A stretch of 64,000 nt of DNA from Candidatus Saccharimonadales bacterium (GTDB lineage Bacteria > Patescibacteriota > Saccharimonadia > Saccharimonadales > 2-12-FULL-41-12), in the NCBI GenBank assembly GCA_036276755.1, contig DASUOG010000011.1:3125-67124 (forward strand), given 5' to 3'. The translations under genes were made by a program, and so were the position numbers. Position 1 is the stretch's first letter. Each line of letters begins with the position of its first letter. Of this stretch, positions 44,601-55,129 are shown one piece after another. The notes under the pieces were generated by a model that saw only the letters and a list, made by a program, of their open reading frames with translations, was not told where the DNA came from and ran no database searches.

Positions 44601-46199
44601 TCAACTTACTACCCGATAAACTTCCTCTATGGTCGTCTGGCCATTGATGATCTTGAGTACGCCATCCTGAAGCATGGTCAACATGCCTTCCTCCACCGCC
44701 TTTTTCTCCAGCATCTCAGTCGTGATTTCGTTGGGCGGCAACCTCAGGAGTTTTTGAACTCCCGGCGTCATTAGCAACTGTTCGCGGATTGCTATCTGGC
44801 CTTTGTAGCCGAAGGGGTTTGCCTTGTTCGGTTTGGCTTTATACAAAGTAGCCTTACTTAAATCCGGTTTTTCCACTTTGGGAGGCAAGGTATCTATAAC
44901 TTTTTGCAATTGGCCACGCAGTTCCTTATCCGGCTTGAACGGTTCTTTGGTGTAGTCGTCAAGTCTTCTGACCAGACGTTGGGCCATGATAAGGTGCATA
45001 GCGCTGGAAAAAAGCGGGTTGATCCCTATTGCATCGAGCATGCGGGTCAAAGCCGCTGCCGCTGAGGAAGCATGGAAGGTCGATAACACCAGATGTCCGG
45101 TAAGCGCACCCTGGAGAGCGGTCCTGGCAGTATCCCGATCCCTTATCTCGCCGACCATCACCACATCCGGATCAAGCCTAAGCACTGCCCTAAGATGATT
45201 CGCAAAACCCATCGCGTCCTGGTCACCGGCCACCGGTATCTGCACCACGCCGGGCAGGAAATATTCCACCGGATCTTCGAGAGTGATTATCTTGCGTTCC
45301 GGCGAATTCAATGTGTTGATAAGCGAATATAGCGTTGTGGTCTTGCCTGAACCCGTCGGTCCGACAATCAAGACCAAACCTGTAGGGTGTTTGATCACGT
45401 CGTCGACGGCAGAGCGTTCCTTTTCGCTTAGACCCAGATTATCCAGCTTGAGCAATTCCATCCTCAGATTAAAGATACGCATGACCACGTCCATACCATA
45501 GACTGTCGGCACGGTCTCAACGCGTAAGTTAACGGTGACTTCATCGCCCGTGGCAAGCTTATACTTGTGGTTTATATGGCCGGTCTGTGGGTCCGCGTTG
45601 CCGGTGGATACGTTTGCCGCAATCGCGATCGAAGAGAGCAGTTGATGATATTTTTCATGCGACAGTGAAGCAATCGGGTGAAGCACACCGTCAACCCGGA
45701 TACGCACCCGCACTGCTTCTTTTTGGTTTTCCAGATGTATGTCCGAACCTTTGAGTTGGTAAGTCTGCTTGACCAGATAAGCCAGGATGTCGTCAGCCAA
45801 GACTTTATCCAACGTCTGTGTAACTTCAGTGAATAAGTCGATGTCGGTTTCCTTTGAAAGCTTGACGTCCTGATACTCGATTTTTTTCGGTGGGTCATAA
45901 AGCAGCATATAGTCCTTGAAGCCGGTGTCCGATATGAGCGAAAAGGATACCCTCTGGTCCAAAAATCTGTCCTGTAGGGTCTTCATGGTCTGCTGGGAAG
46001 TAGTATTGGTAACACCGAAATTTATATGATGCGGGTCGGCATATATCGGAATGGCGCGGTATTGGCGAAGCTCGTCCGAAGTGAGTAAATCCTTATAGAG
46101 CGGTTTTTCGCCGATAGAGGTATCGGCATAAGACAAGCCCAGCACCATGGCGCGGCGCTGAGTTGCTCGCTCTTCATTGACACGCGCATCTTGACTCAT
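44601..46199 (-). CDS. pilB: type II secretion/type IV pilus assembly ATPase (GspE/PilB family)
   Basis: T2SSE N-terminal domain, Walker A GPTGSGKTTT, Walker B DPDVVMVGEIRD and a His box (LVLSTFHA). Confidence 0.88.
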   Translation of the reverse strand: MSQDARVNEERATQRRAMVLGLSYADTSIGEKPLYKDLLTSDELRQYRAIPIYADPHHINFGVTNTTSQQTMKTLQDRFLDQRVSFSLISDTGFKDYMLLYDPPKKIEYQDVKLSKETDIDLFTEVTQTLDKVLADDILAYLVKQTYQLKGSDIHLENQKEAVRVRIRVDGVLHPIASLSHEKYHQLLSSIAIAANVSTGNADPQTGHINHKYKLATGDEVTVNLRVETVPTVYGMDVVMRIFNLRMELLKLDNLGLSEKERSAVDDVIKHPTGLVLIVGPTGSGKTTTLYSLINTLNSPERKIITLEDPVEYFLPGVVQIPVAGDQDAMGFANHLRAVLRLDPDVVMVGEIRDRDTARTALQGALTGHLVLSTFHASSAAAALTRMLDAIGINPLFSSAMHLIMAQRLVRRLDDYTKEPFKPDKELRGQLQKVIDTLPPKVEKPDLSKATLYKAKPNKANPFGYKGQIAIREQLLMTPGVQKLLRLPPNEITTEMLEKKAVEEGMLTMLQDGVLKIINGQTTIEEVYRVVS

Positions 46200-46271
46200 C
46201 GGTAGTTATTATACATTGACATAAGCTTTTTAAACTATGAACAAAACATTTTTAGCGCTAAGCTGTATTTT

Positions 46272-46772
46272 ATGCGTATGCGACGGGAAATAATAGTAAT
46301 AGCTCATAATATTCGTAGCGCGCACAACGTCGGTTCGCTTATACGCACCTGCGAAGGAATGGGCGTGGAAAAATTATTTTTGAGCGGTTATACACCTTAT
46401 CCGCCTATTAACGGCGACCAGCGGCTACCGCATATAATAAAAAGATTGCAGAAACAGATCGATAAGACCGCGCTTGGTGCGCAAGATTATTTGTCTTGGC
46501 AGCACGAATCGGATGTCGAGAAAATATTCCGACAGTTGCGAGATCGAGGTTACAGTATCTGCGCCCTGGAACAATCGTCGAAAAGCCGGGATATAAGGAA
46601 GTTCAAGCCTCCGGACAAAATAGCTTTAATAGCAGGTAATGAGCTGAGCGGTTTGGAAGAAGCGATACTGGACGAGGCCGACTGCATCTTGGAGATCCCG
46701 ATGTTTGGTAAAAAAGAATCGTTTAACGTTGTCCAGGCCTGTGCTATGGCACTGTTTAGACTACGGATTTAA
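46272..46772 (+). CDS. SpoU/TrmH family RNA 2'-O-methyltransferase
   Basis: SPOUT blocks (AHNIRSAHNVGSLIRTCEG, LIAGNELSGL, IPMFGKKESFNVVQACAMALF). Confidence 0.85.
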   Translation: MRMRREIIVIAHNIRSAHNVGSLIRTCEGMGVEKLFLSGYTPYPPINGDQRLPHIIKRLQKQIDKTALGAQDYLSWQHESDVEKIFRQLRDRGYSICALEQSSKSRDIRKFKPPDKIALIAGNELSGLEEAILDEADCILEIPMFGKKESFNVVQACAMALFRLRI

Positions 46773-46810
46773 GCGATAAATGTTAACATGTTTATAGATA
46801 AATTCGTACA

Positions 46811-47689
46811 ATGACAAAACCAAAATCCCGAACACCAGGCAAGTACCCGCCCCATAGGCGCACAACATTCAAAAAACATTCGAAGCGTTATTTGAAGGTT
46901 TATACCCCTTATCTGCCAGTGGTCATCGGGCTGCTTATCGGGGTCGGTGTTTTATTTGCCGACAAACTTCATGATTCTAAATCCGTCCTAAGCTATGCTC
47001 CGTCCATATCAAGCAGTTCCCTGCTCGATCAGACCAATCAACGCAGAACCCAGCAAGACATAGGCAAACTGGCGATAAACCAAACCCTTGCCCGCGCCGC
47101 ACAGTCGAAAGCCGAGGACATGGCCGCCCGTAATTATTGGTCTCATCAAACGCCCGACGGCAAACAACCATGGTATTTTGTAAAAAAGGCAGGTTATGAG
47201 TACAGCCGGATAGCCGAAAATCTGGCTTATGGATTCAATTCCAGCAAGGATACCATAAACGGCTGGATGAACAGTAGCGGCCATCGTACGGCAATGTTGG
47301 GTGACGACTTTTCGGATGTAGGGTTCGGCATAGCAAACGTAGCCGATTACCAGGGCAAGGGAGAAGAAACCATAGTCGTAGCTTTTTACGGCAAACCTAG
47401 TACTCTGGCATCAAACAAAGTCGAGGCTGACTTTTCCGACAAAGTGCCGACCACTATCAGCTTTATACAAACCCTGAGCGGTGGAAGCTGGCCGTGGATA
47501 AATTTTCTAAGCGGACTACTTATCGGCGTGATAGCGATGTATCTGATAGCCAAACATTCATTGAAACTGCGCCGGAAAATACGGCACGGTGAAGAATACA
47601 TATTGCGCCACCCTGCACTCGATATGAGTCTGCTGGCCCTGCTGGTACTACTTATATTACTGTCTCAAACAGCCGGTTTCATCCATTAG
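46811..47689 (+). CDS. CAP/SCP (YkwD-like) domain protein with N- and C-terminal TM segments
   Basis: LARAAQSKAEDMAARNYWSHQTPDG...AENLAYGF...GWMNSSGHRTAML is the CAP-domain signature. It has flanking hydrophobic helices. Confidence 0.85.
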   Translation: MTKPKSRTPGKYPPHRRTTFKKHSKRYLKVYTPYLPVVIGLLIGVGVLFADKLHDSKSVLSYAPSISSSSLLDQTNQRRTQQDIGKLAINQTLARAAQSKAEDMAARNYWSHQTPDGKQPWYFVKKAGYEYSRIAENLAYGFNSSKDTINGWMNSSGHRTAMLGDDFSDVGFGIANVADYQGKGEETIVVAFYGKPSTLASNKVEADFSDKVPTTISFIQTLSGGSWPWINFLSGLLIGVIAMYLIAKHSLKLRRKIRHGEEYILRHPALDMSLLALLVLLILLSQTAGFIH

Positions 47690-50600
47690 TTATTGGAGCT
47701 TTATACTTGTTTCGCCAAACAAATTTTTAGCAGTAGCTAAAAATTCCTCGCTGGGATCAACCAGCGTCGGTATTTTAATAACCTGTTTGTCATCATCGGG
47801 TCCTATGACCAGTACTACCGGGACAAGTCCCGGCGTTTTGTCTATAGCTGTTTTCAGACCAGCGAGAGCATGTTGATCGCCCGTACTCGGAACCCTTATG
47901 TAAATCCTGGGTCCGGAATTCTTGGGTAGTTTATCGTCGGTAATATAGCCACCGGATTCTTCCAGCGCTATCTCTTTCGCTGAGTCCACTATAATTTTGG
48001 CTTCCTCAGTGTTTCCCTGCCGGCCTTTTCGCGACACTTTGCCGCTTATCAGCAATACCAGATCGCGTTTCCACAGCTCGGGAGTTTTTTCATGCACGCC
48101 CGGGAAAACGACCAGCTCGATATCACCGCTCATGTCGGCGACACGGATAAAGGCCATCCGTTTGCCATTCTTCGCCGTTATTTCTCTTAGTTCCGTTATC
48201 GAACCGCCTACGGTGAGTCTTTCGCCTTCCTTTTTTTGCGGCACATCGGCTATGGGCACGGCTTCTTTTTTAAGGATATCCTGATATTCCACCAGGGGAT
48301 GGCTTGATAGATAAATGCCGAGCAGTTCTCTTTCCCAGGCAACTTTTTGCCGGGGCGACAACTCGGAGGAGGCGGGTAAAAAGCTGAATTTTACTTTTAG
48401 TTCGGCATCATCGAGCCTGTCTCCGAACAAATCGGTCTGGCCGCTTAAAAGATCCTTCTGCCGCCGGCCGCCAAAAGCCAGCATATTTTCAAGGTTTTCT
48501 ACCAGGATCTGCCGGTCGGCGAAAATATCCAAAGCGCCGGCTTTGACCAGGCTCTCTAAAGCCTTGCGATTAACGGCCTTAGTACTTACATTGGACAAAA
48601 AACTTTCCAAGTCCTTGAACCCGCCAAGCTTTTCGCGGTTGTTTATTATCTCTTCGACCGCTCCCGACCCGACATTTTTGATGGCATGCATGCCGAAGCG
48701 TATTTTTTCGCCAGCTTCATCATGAATGACCGCAAACTCGCCGAATGATTCATTAACGTCGGGTGGCAATACCTCGATGCCCATGGATTTGCACTCGGAT
48801 ATCTCTATAGCCAGACGGTCGGTATCATCATAGTCGCTGGTCATCAGTGCCGCCATGAACGCCGCCGGGTAATTGGCTTTTAGATAAGCCGTCTGGTACG
48901 CTATCATGCCATAACAGGCCGCATGAGCCTTATTGAATGAGTAATCGGCAAAAGGCTGTATCTGCTCCCATATTTTTTCCGCTTCTTTTTCAGACAAGCC
49001 CTGTTTTTTGCAACCTTCTAAGAACCTTGGCTTTTCCGATTGCATGATGTGACGGTTCTTTTTGCCGATAGCCTTTCTTACAAGGTCGGCTTCGCCGGGC
49101 TTATAACCTGCTAAAAGTTGCAGAAGCTCTATTATTTGTTCCTGAAAAACCATTACGCCGTAGGTGTTTTTCAATATCGGCTGCAGAGAAGGATGAGGGT
49201 ACGATATGGTATCGGGATTGTTTTTTCCGGCGATAAAACGAGGAATTTCCGGCATCGGACCCGGCCTGTACAATGCGACCATCGCGATTATATCCTCGAA
49301 TACAGTGGGCTTCAGATCCTTCAGATAGCGCTTCATGCCAGCAGACTCAAGCTGGAAAACACCAGTCGTGTCGCCCTTTTGCAACAGCTCAAACGTCCTT
49401 CCATCATCCAACGGGAGATTATCGATGTCGATATCCTTGTTATAGACCCTGTTGACTATACGGAGTGTATTGTTGATTATCGTCAAGTTTGACAGACCGA
49501 GGAAATCCATTTTTAAAAGCCCGATTTTTTCAATCGGTACCATCGAATACTGGGTGGCTATCACGCCTTTTTGGGCCTTTTCGAGCGGAGTGAATTTTAC
49601 TATATCATCCGGCGCTATGACAACTCCGGCCGCATGTACGCCATGGCTTCTGATAGTGCCTTCCAGGTTCATCGCCAGATCGAATACTTTTTTCGCGTCT
49701 TCATTATTCGCATATTCCTTCTTGAGTTCGGAATTGCTCTTGAGCGACTCGACTAAGGGTATATGCCGGCCCTGCACAGGAGGGGGGATCATCTTAGCCA
49801 GCCTATCGGCTTCGGCATAAGGCACCTGAAGAACACGCGCTACGTCGCGTACGGCGTTTCGCGCAGCCATGGTGCCGAACGTAACAATGTTGGCAACCCG
49901 GTCCTCGCCGTATTTTTCCACACAATATTGGATAACTTCATCGCGGCGGGTATCCTGTATATCGATGTCAAAGTCCGGCATGCTGATCCGATCCGGGTTT
50001 AGAAATCTTTCGAACATGAGATCATACTTAAGCGGATCCAACTCGGTTATCCGAAGGCCGTACGCTACTATGGAACCGGCACCGCTGCCCCGTCCCGGCC
50101 CGAACACTATGCCCTGATCCTTGCCCCAGTTTATGAAGTCGGCGACGATGAGAAAATAACCGTCAAAACCCATCTTTTCTATTACATTCAGCTCATATTC
50201 GGCGCGCTCTACGATGTTTTTCGGCAAGCTCTTTTTGATTTCCGGCAATTTATCTGAAATTTTCGGTTCCTGCAAATACCTGTTAGCAAGGCCTTGGAAA
50301 GTCAATAACTCCAAATAACTCTTCTCTGTTTCGCCTTTAGGTACCGGGAATTTCGGGATCAGATAATTGCCCAGCTCTATCTCAATTTCGCATCTATCGG
50401 CTATGGCTTTACTGTTGGATACGGAGCTAGGATGCTGCTTGCCCCACCGGGCGATTATATCTTTCGGGTCGGTCACATAAAGTTCGAATTCCTTGAGTGT
50501 CATCCGGTCTTCGTCTGACAGAAAAGCACCGGTCTGCACACACAGCAGGATCTCGTGCGCTTCTTGATCGTCCTTTTCCAGATAATGGGCATCGCCGGTG

Positions 50601-51286
50601 ATGACGGTAGGTATATCGAGTTCTTCGGCGATTTTGAAACTTGCGTCCGTAACTTTTATCTGTTCATCCCACGCGCTAGTGTGATGCGGATGTCCATGAT
50701 CCTGAATCTCGATGTAATATCGGTCACCAAAAACTTTTTTGTACCATTTTGCGGTTTCTTTGGCCTGGGCTATTTGGTCCTGACGTATCGCGTCACCGAA
50801 TTCACCGTTGATACATCCGGACAGTACAATGAGCCCTTCGCCGTATTTTTCCAGCAATTCCTTATCAATCCTCGGCTTATAATAAAACCCTTCCAGATTG
50901 GAGATGGTACTTAGGCGCATCAGGTTCTTATAACCTTGGTTATTCATAGCCAGAAGAGTCAGATGAAAATATTGTTTGTCTTTGGCCGGATCCTTATCAG
51001 TATATCGGCGGGGAGCAATGTACGCTTCCAAGCCGATGATCGGATTGATGCCGCTTTTTTTAGCCTGGGTGTAGAATTCTACTGCTCCGGAGAGAGTACC
51101 GTGGTCCGTCATGGCTATAGATTCCATACCCATGGACTTTACCCGGCTGATTAGTGCCGGAATTTTCGTAAGTCCGTCCAGCAAAGAGTACTGCGTATGA
51201 TTATGCAGATGTACAAAGTCCGCAGGCCCGAGCTCGCCGCTTGCCTTGTTTTTGGTTTTTTTGTTTGATCGTGAAGTATCGGACAA
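47690..51286 (-). CDS. dnaE: DNA polymerase III alpha subunit
   Basis: PHP domain (HLHNHTQYSLLDG), polymerase core (PDFDIDI) and an OB fold. Apparent TTG start with GAGG 11 nt upstream. Confidence 0.96.
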   Translation of the reverse strand: MSDTSRSNKKTKNKASGELGPADFVHLHNHTQYSLLDGLTKIPALISRVKSMGMESIAMTDHGTLSGAVEFYTQAKKSGINPIIGLEAYIAPRRYTDKDPAKDKQYFHLTLLAMNNQGYKNLMRLSTISNLEGFYYKPRIDKELLEKYGEGLIVLSGCINGEFGDAIRQDQIAQAKETAKWYKKVFGDRYYIEIQDHGHPHHTSAWDEQIKVTDASFKIAEELDIPTVITGDAHYLEKDDQEAHEILLCVQTGAFLSDEDRMTLKEFELYVTDPKDIIARWGKQHPSSVSNSKAIADRCEIEIELGNYLIPKFPVPKGETEKSYLELLTFQGLANRYLQEPKISDKLPEIKKSLPKNIVERAEYELNVIEKMGFDGYFLIVADFINWGKDQGIVFGPGRGSGAGSIVAYGLRITELDPLKYDLMFERFLNPDRISMPDFDIDIQDTRRDEVIQYCVEKYGEDRVANIVTFGTMAARNAVRDVARVLQVPYAEADRLAKMIPPPVQGRHIPLVESLKSNSELKKEYANNEDAKKVFDLAMNLEGTIRSHGVHAAGVVIAPDDIVKFTPLEKAQKGVIATQYSMVPIEKIGLLKMDFLGLSNLTIINNTLRIVNRVYNKDIDIDNLPLDDGRTFELLQKGDTTGVFQLESAGMKRYLKDLKPTVFEDIIAMVALYRPGPMPEIPRFIAGKNNPDTISYPHPSLQPILKNTYGVMVFQEQIIELLQLLAGYKPGEADLVRKAIGKKNRHIMQSEKPRFLEGCKKQGLSEKEAEKIWEQIQPFADYSFNKAHAACYGMIAYQTAYLKANYPAAFMAALMTSDYDDTDRLAIEISECKSMGIEVLPPDVNESFGEFAVIHDEAGEKIRFGMHAIKNVGSGAVEEIINNREKLGGFKDLESFLSNVSTKAVNRKALESLVKAGALDIFADRQILVENLENMLAFGGRRQKDLLSGQTDLFGDRLDDAELKVKFSFLPASSELSPRQKVAWERELLGIYLSSHPLVEYQDILKKEAVPIADVPQKKEGERLTVGGSITELREITAKNGKRMAFIRVADMSGDIELVVFPGVHEKTPELWKRDLVLLISGKVSRKGRQGNTEEAKIIVDSAKEIALEESGGYITDDKLPKNSGPRIYIRVPSTGDQHALAGLKTAIDKTPGLVPVVLVIGPDDDKQVIKIPTLVDPSEEFLATAKNLFGETSIKLQ

Positions 51287-51365
51287 GACCGTTAACCCTC
51301 GCTTTTTCTATGTTGATTATAAACCAATCCCGGTTCTTTGACTGTTGTTAAAAGTCGCACGAATG

Positions 51366-52085
51366 TCAAACCGATACGCCGAAAAGTTTACCGATGAAAT
51401 AAGTTATGGTCATAGCTAAAGCTCCGCCGGCGACAACCCTCAGGATGGCTTTGCGGGCCTTGGCACCACCGACGCGGGCACTCAGATAGCCTGTTATCGT
51501 CAAAGCAAAGATTACTGATATGAAAGTAGCCCAGATTCTTTCTTGGGGTGGTGGCAGCAGAATTACACTCATCGGAATGGATGCACCGATAACGAACGCC
51601 GCAGCCGAGGCATAGGCCGCATGCCAGGGATTGGTAAGCACATCCGGATTTATACCAAGCTCCGCTTCGACGTGCGCCCTGAAGGGGTCATGTTCTGTCA
51701 GCTCTTTGGCCACCTGTTTCGCTGTCGCATCACTTAAACCTTTTTTCTTGTAGATGCTTTCCAATTCGGAAAGTTCTTCCCTGGGAAAATTTTTAAGTTC
51801 GTATTTTTCTTTTTCCAGCAGCGCCTTTTCGCTATCGCGCTGAGAGCTTACCGATACATACTCACCGGCTGCCATTGACATCGCGCCGGCAAGAATCCCC
51901 GCCAACCCCGCTGCAAGGATTATGCCTTTATTGCTAGTGGCACTCGCTACACCGACTACCAGGCCGGCAATCGATACTATGCCGTCGTTCGCACCCAAAA
52001 CAGCCGCACGCAACCAGTTCAGTTTCGAACTGCTATGATTGCTATGAAATTCCGGATGTTTCTTTTGTTCCGGCATTTCCTTCAA
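51366..52085 (-). CDS. VIT1/CCC1 family iron/manganese transporter
   Basis: NWLRAAVLGANDGIVSIAGLVVGVA plus C-terminal TM helices. Confidence 0.88.
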   Translation of the reverse strand: MKEMPEQKKHPEFHSNHSSSKLNWLRAAVLGANDGIVSIAGLVVGVASATSNKGIILAAGLAGILAGAMSMAAGEYVSVSSQRDSEKALLEKEKYELKNFPREELSELESIYKKKGLSDATAKQVAKELTEHDPFRAHVEAELGINPDVLTNPWHAAYASAAAFVIGASIPMSVILLPPPQERIWATFISVIFALTITGYLSARVGGAKARKAILRVVAGGALAMTITYFIGKLFGVSV

Positions 52086-52484
52086 TTATTTCTTGAGGAA
52101 CTTAGCCAGATCAGCCTTGGCGTTTTTGGCTTCGGCGATCATTTTTTGCAGATCAGGATCATCCGCTTCTCCGCTATGAAGTGCGCTGAGTATAAGCTTG
52201 ACTTTCTCTTTGGTATCTTTTGCCGCAGCGACCCGTTTTTTAAGTTCCGCGGCGGCACCTTTTTTGGCTTTTTTTAGCTTCGCATCGGCATCGGACAATA
52301 AAACGTTCAGTTCGCCATATAATTTTTTAAGCTGTTTCTCACTGTCAATCTTGGCCTGGTTTGCCGATTTTGCCAATTTTTTGCGTGTTCGTTTTCCGCT
52401 ACGCGGAGCGGATAATAATCCGGCTACATAACCGACACCGGCCGCTATAGCCGCACCTATCGCTAGTTTGCCTTCACGTTTCAT
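52086..52484 (-). CDS. YtxH domain protein
   Basis: N-terminal hydrophobic segment with LLSAPRSGKRTRKKL, then a Lys/Ala-rich helical region. Confidence 0.75.
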   Translation of the reverse strand: MKREGKLAIGAAIAAGVGYVAGLLSAPRSGKRTRKKLAKSANQAKIDSEKQLKKLYGELNVLLSDADAKLKKAKKGAAAELKKRVAAAKDTKEKVKLILSALHSGEADDPDLQKMIAEAKNAKADLAKFLKK

Positions 52485-52765
52485 TTCCTACCCTTTTTCT
52501 TCTTGTTTATCTTTTCCGCAGTGCTCGCAACCTTCTCGCTGATGTTAGCGATGATCTTCATCAATGCTACCGGGGTCGCCGTCTTTTCGAAGAACGAAGC
52601 TACTTCTTCTGCCTTATCAACGGCATGCTCGGCGTAATCCGTGATGTGCTTGATCTGGCGGGTTATTTGAATAAATCTGACTAACAGTATGATGGCCAGT
52701 AATAAGAACAAAGCCAACATGACCGAGAGAATAATGACTAACGCTTCAAACCACCTAGAATCCAT
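52481..52765 (-). CDS. DUF948-like small membrane protein
   Basis: 94 aa with a single N-terminal TM segment followed by a helical region. It has a 4-nt overlap with the YtxH gene, a pairing common in Gram-positive genomes. Confidence 0.6.
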   Translation of the reverse strand: MDSRWFEALVIILSVMLALFLLLAIILLVRFIQITRQIKHITDYAEHAVDKAEEVASFFEKTATPVALMKIIANISEKVASTAEKINKKKKGRK

Positions 52766-52788
52766 GTCTTAAATTATAGACTATCTTG

Positions 52789-53682
52789 TCAATTATTCAC
52801 CCTTGTCTTTATATGCGCTAAGACTTCGTCTTTCATGTCCGAACGCTGAAGTGCGAAATCTATGACCGTTTTCATATATTCGAGTTTATTGCCGGTATCA
52901 TAAAACTTACCGCCTTTGACCTTGAGTGCCCATACTTTATGGCCGTCACCGGCCATGCGCTGCAATGCCGGCTGCATAATGAACTCCTGGTCCGGCTTAA
53001 GGTTCTTCATATCTTCTTTAAGGTAGTCGAAGAGATTAGACTCAAACAGATAGCCGCTTACCGATGCGGTCTTTGAACGTACCTTTTCGTAGCTTCCCGG
53101 TTTTTCGAATATTTTATCCACGGCTATGACATTACCGTCGGCCTGTTCTTTACCGACTACGTAAGCGTATTTTTTGTAATCGTCCTTCTGGTCCGCCTCG
53201 ACGCAAGTCAGGATATTTCCGCCATATTTATCGTGCGCTTCTATGAGCTGTCGGAAGCGGCTAGGTTCCGCTACAACAAAATCGTCGGCAAAAGCGAATA
53301 TAAACGGGCCGTCGCCCAGTAGATGTTCGGCATTAAGCAAGGGTGTAGCGTTGCCGTAAGGGCCTTTTTGCCTGATATAAGCGAAGTTAGCTAGGTCTGA
53401 AATTTTCTTGGTGTGCTTTAATAGCTCTTCTTTGTCGCCTTGCAGCAGATTCTCCCGTAAATCTGCACTCATCTGGTCAAAATGATCTTCAATGGAACGT
53501 TTATGATAACCGGTTACGATTACTATGTCCTCTATACCGGCTCCGACAAGTTCTTCGACGATATATTGGATTATCGGCTTATCTACTATCGGCAACATTT
53601 CCTTGGGCATAGCCTTGGTCTGCGGTAAAAAGCGGGTACCGAAACCGGCGGCGGCTATTACTGCTTTGGTGACTTTTGCCAT
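52789..53682 (-). CDS. galU: UTP--glucose-1-phosphate uridylyltransferase
   Basis: KAVIAAAGFGTRFLPQTKAMPKEMLPIVDKPIIQY is the canonical GalU N-terminus. Confidence 0.93.
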   Translation of the reverse strand: MAKVTKAVIAAAGFGTRFLPQTKAMPKEMLPIVDKPIIQYIVEELVGAGIEDIVIVTGYHKRSIEDHFDQMSADLRENLLQGDKEELLKHTKKISDLANFAYIRQKGPYGNATPLLNAEHLLGDGPFIFAFADDFVVAEPSRFRQLIEAHDKYGGNILTCVEADQKDDYKKYAYVVGKEQADGNVIAVDKIFEKPGSYEKVRSKTASVSGYLFESNLFDYLKEDMKNLKPDQEFIMQPALQRMAGDGHKVWALKVKGGKFYDTGNKLEYMKTVIDFALQRSDMKDEVLAHIKTRVNN

Positions 53683-53692
53683 AATTTAACTA

Positions 53693-55129
53693 TTATACCT
53701 TAAGCCGCTTTCTTATTAATTTCTGGGCTAAGGCCGGGTCAGCCTTGCCTTTACTCTCTTTCATCACTTGCCCTACTAAGAAACCTACCGCTTTCATCTC
53801 GCCGCGCCGCACATCTTCAGCCGCTTTCGGATTGTCATTTATGATCTTCGTGACGATTTTTTCGACTACGTCCTCATCACTCAATGTCTGATTATCGCCG
53901 ATGAACTTGTCGGCATCAAAAGTATCGGCTTCAAACAGTTCTTTGACGCCCTCTTTGGCCTTGGTCGAAACAAGCCTGCCTTCATCAAAAGCTTTTGCCA
54001 GCGCTAACAGTCCATCGATTTTGGCCTCGTTTAATCTCGCATAATCATCGATGAAGCTCGGGATGAAATTAATAAGCCAGTCAAACAATTTTGAAATGGA
54101 ACCCGGCGACGCTTCGTCTTTCTCAAGAACGGCGACGGCGAAATCCACTGATTGCGGATTATTGAAAAGCGTGTCCAGATCCGCTGTTGATAAGTGCCCG
54201 GCACTGACCAGTTTATCCCTGATGGTATAGAAGTTCTTTTTGTCAAAATCTTTTTTAACCTTTTCCAGATATTCATCGGATAGGTTCAAGGGCGGGATAT
54301 CAGGATCCGGGAAGTAACGGTAATCGTGTGCTTCTTCTTTGCCGCGTTGGCTCGTTGTCTTTTGCTTGGCATCATCCCAGCCACGGGTTTCCTGGATTAT
54401 GGTCTGTCCTTTTTCGAGCATTTCGGTTTGTCGCTTTATTTCGTATTCAACCGTTTTTTCCACGGCCTTGAAACTGTTAAGATTCTTGGTTTCACTGCGG
54501 GTGCCCAGTTTCTTCGGATCATCGCTCACACTGACGTTCACATCGAACCGCATATTTCCGTGGTAAAGGTCTACGTCGCTGATATCAGCGTATTTCATGA
54601 GCAGATATAGCTTTTGCGCGTAAGCCTTGGCTTCCTTGGCGCTATGAATGTCCGGTTCGGACACGATTTCCAACAGCGGCGTTCCTGCCCGGTTAAGATC
54701 GACTAAACTGTAATCCTTTGCCGCCGGATGAGTGGTCTTGCCGGCGTCTTCTTCCAGATGAGCCCTTACTATGCCGATCTTCTTGGTCTTGCTGTCAACT
54801 TCTATATCAACATGGCCGCCAATGACTATAGGGTCGGAGAACTGACTTATCTGATAACCCTTAGGTAGGTCCGGGTAAAAATAATGTTTACGGTCGAATT
54901 TGGAAAATTTCTGCGGTTTTACACCCAGCGCAAAGCCGGCTTTGCATGAAAGCTCCACCGCCCGAGCATTCAGTGACGGCAGGGCTCCGGGCAGGCCAAG
55001 ACATATATGGCTAATCAAGGTGTTGGGTTCGGCAGCCCTAGCGTCATTGGAGACGGCGGCAAACAGCTTGGTCTTAGTTTTCAGCTGTACATGACATTCT
55101 ATACCGATGGTTGGCACGTAAGCGCTCAC
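53693..55129 (-). CDS. gatB: Asp/Glu-tRNA amidotransferase subunit B
   Basis: 478 aa with the GatB N-terminus (PTIGIECHVQL) and a YqeY-like C-terminal domain. GTG start overlapping the upstream stop by 1 nt. Confidence 0.96.
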   Translation of the reverse strand: MSAYVPTIGIECHVQLKTKTKLFAAVSNDARAAEPNTLISHICLGLPGALPSLNARAVELSCKAGFALGVKPQKFSKFDRKHYFYPDLPKGYQISQFSDPIVIGGHVDIEVDSKTKKIGIVRAHLEEDAGKTTHPAAKDYSLVDLNRAGTPLLEIVSEPDIHSAKEAKAYAQKLYLLMKYADISDVDLYHGNMRFDVNVSVSDDPKKLGTRSETKNLNSFKAVEKTVEYEIKRQTEMLEKGQTIIQETRGWDDAKQKTTSQRGKEEAHDYRYFPDPDIPPLNLSDEYLEKVKKDFDKKNFYTIRDKLVSAGHLSTADLDTLFNNPQSVDFAVAVLEKDEASPGSISKLFDWLINFIPSFIDDYARLNEAKIDGLLALAKAFDEGRLVSTKAKEGVKELFEADTFDADKFIGDNQTLSDEDVVEKIVTKIINDNPKAAEDVRRGEMKAVGFLVGQVMKESKGKADPALAQKLIRKRLKV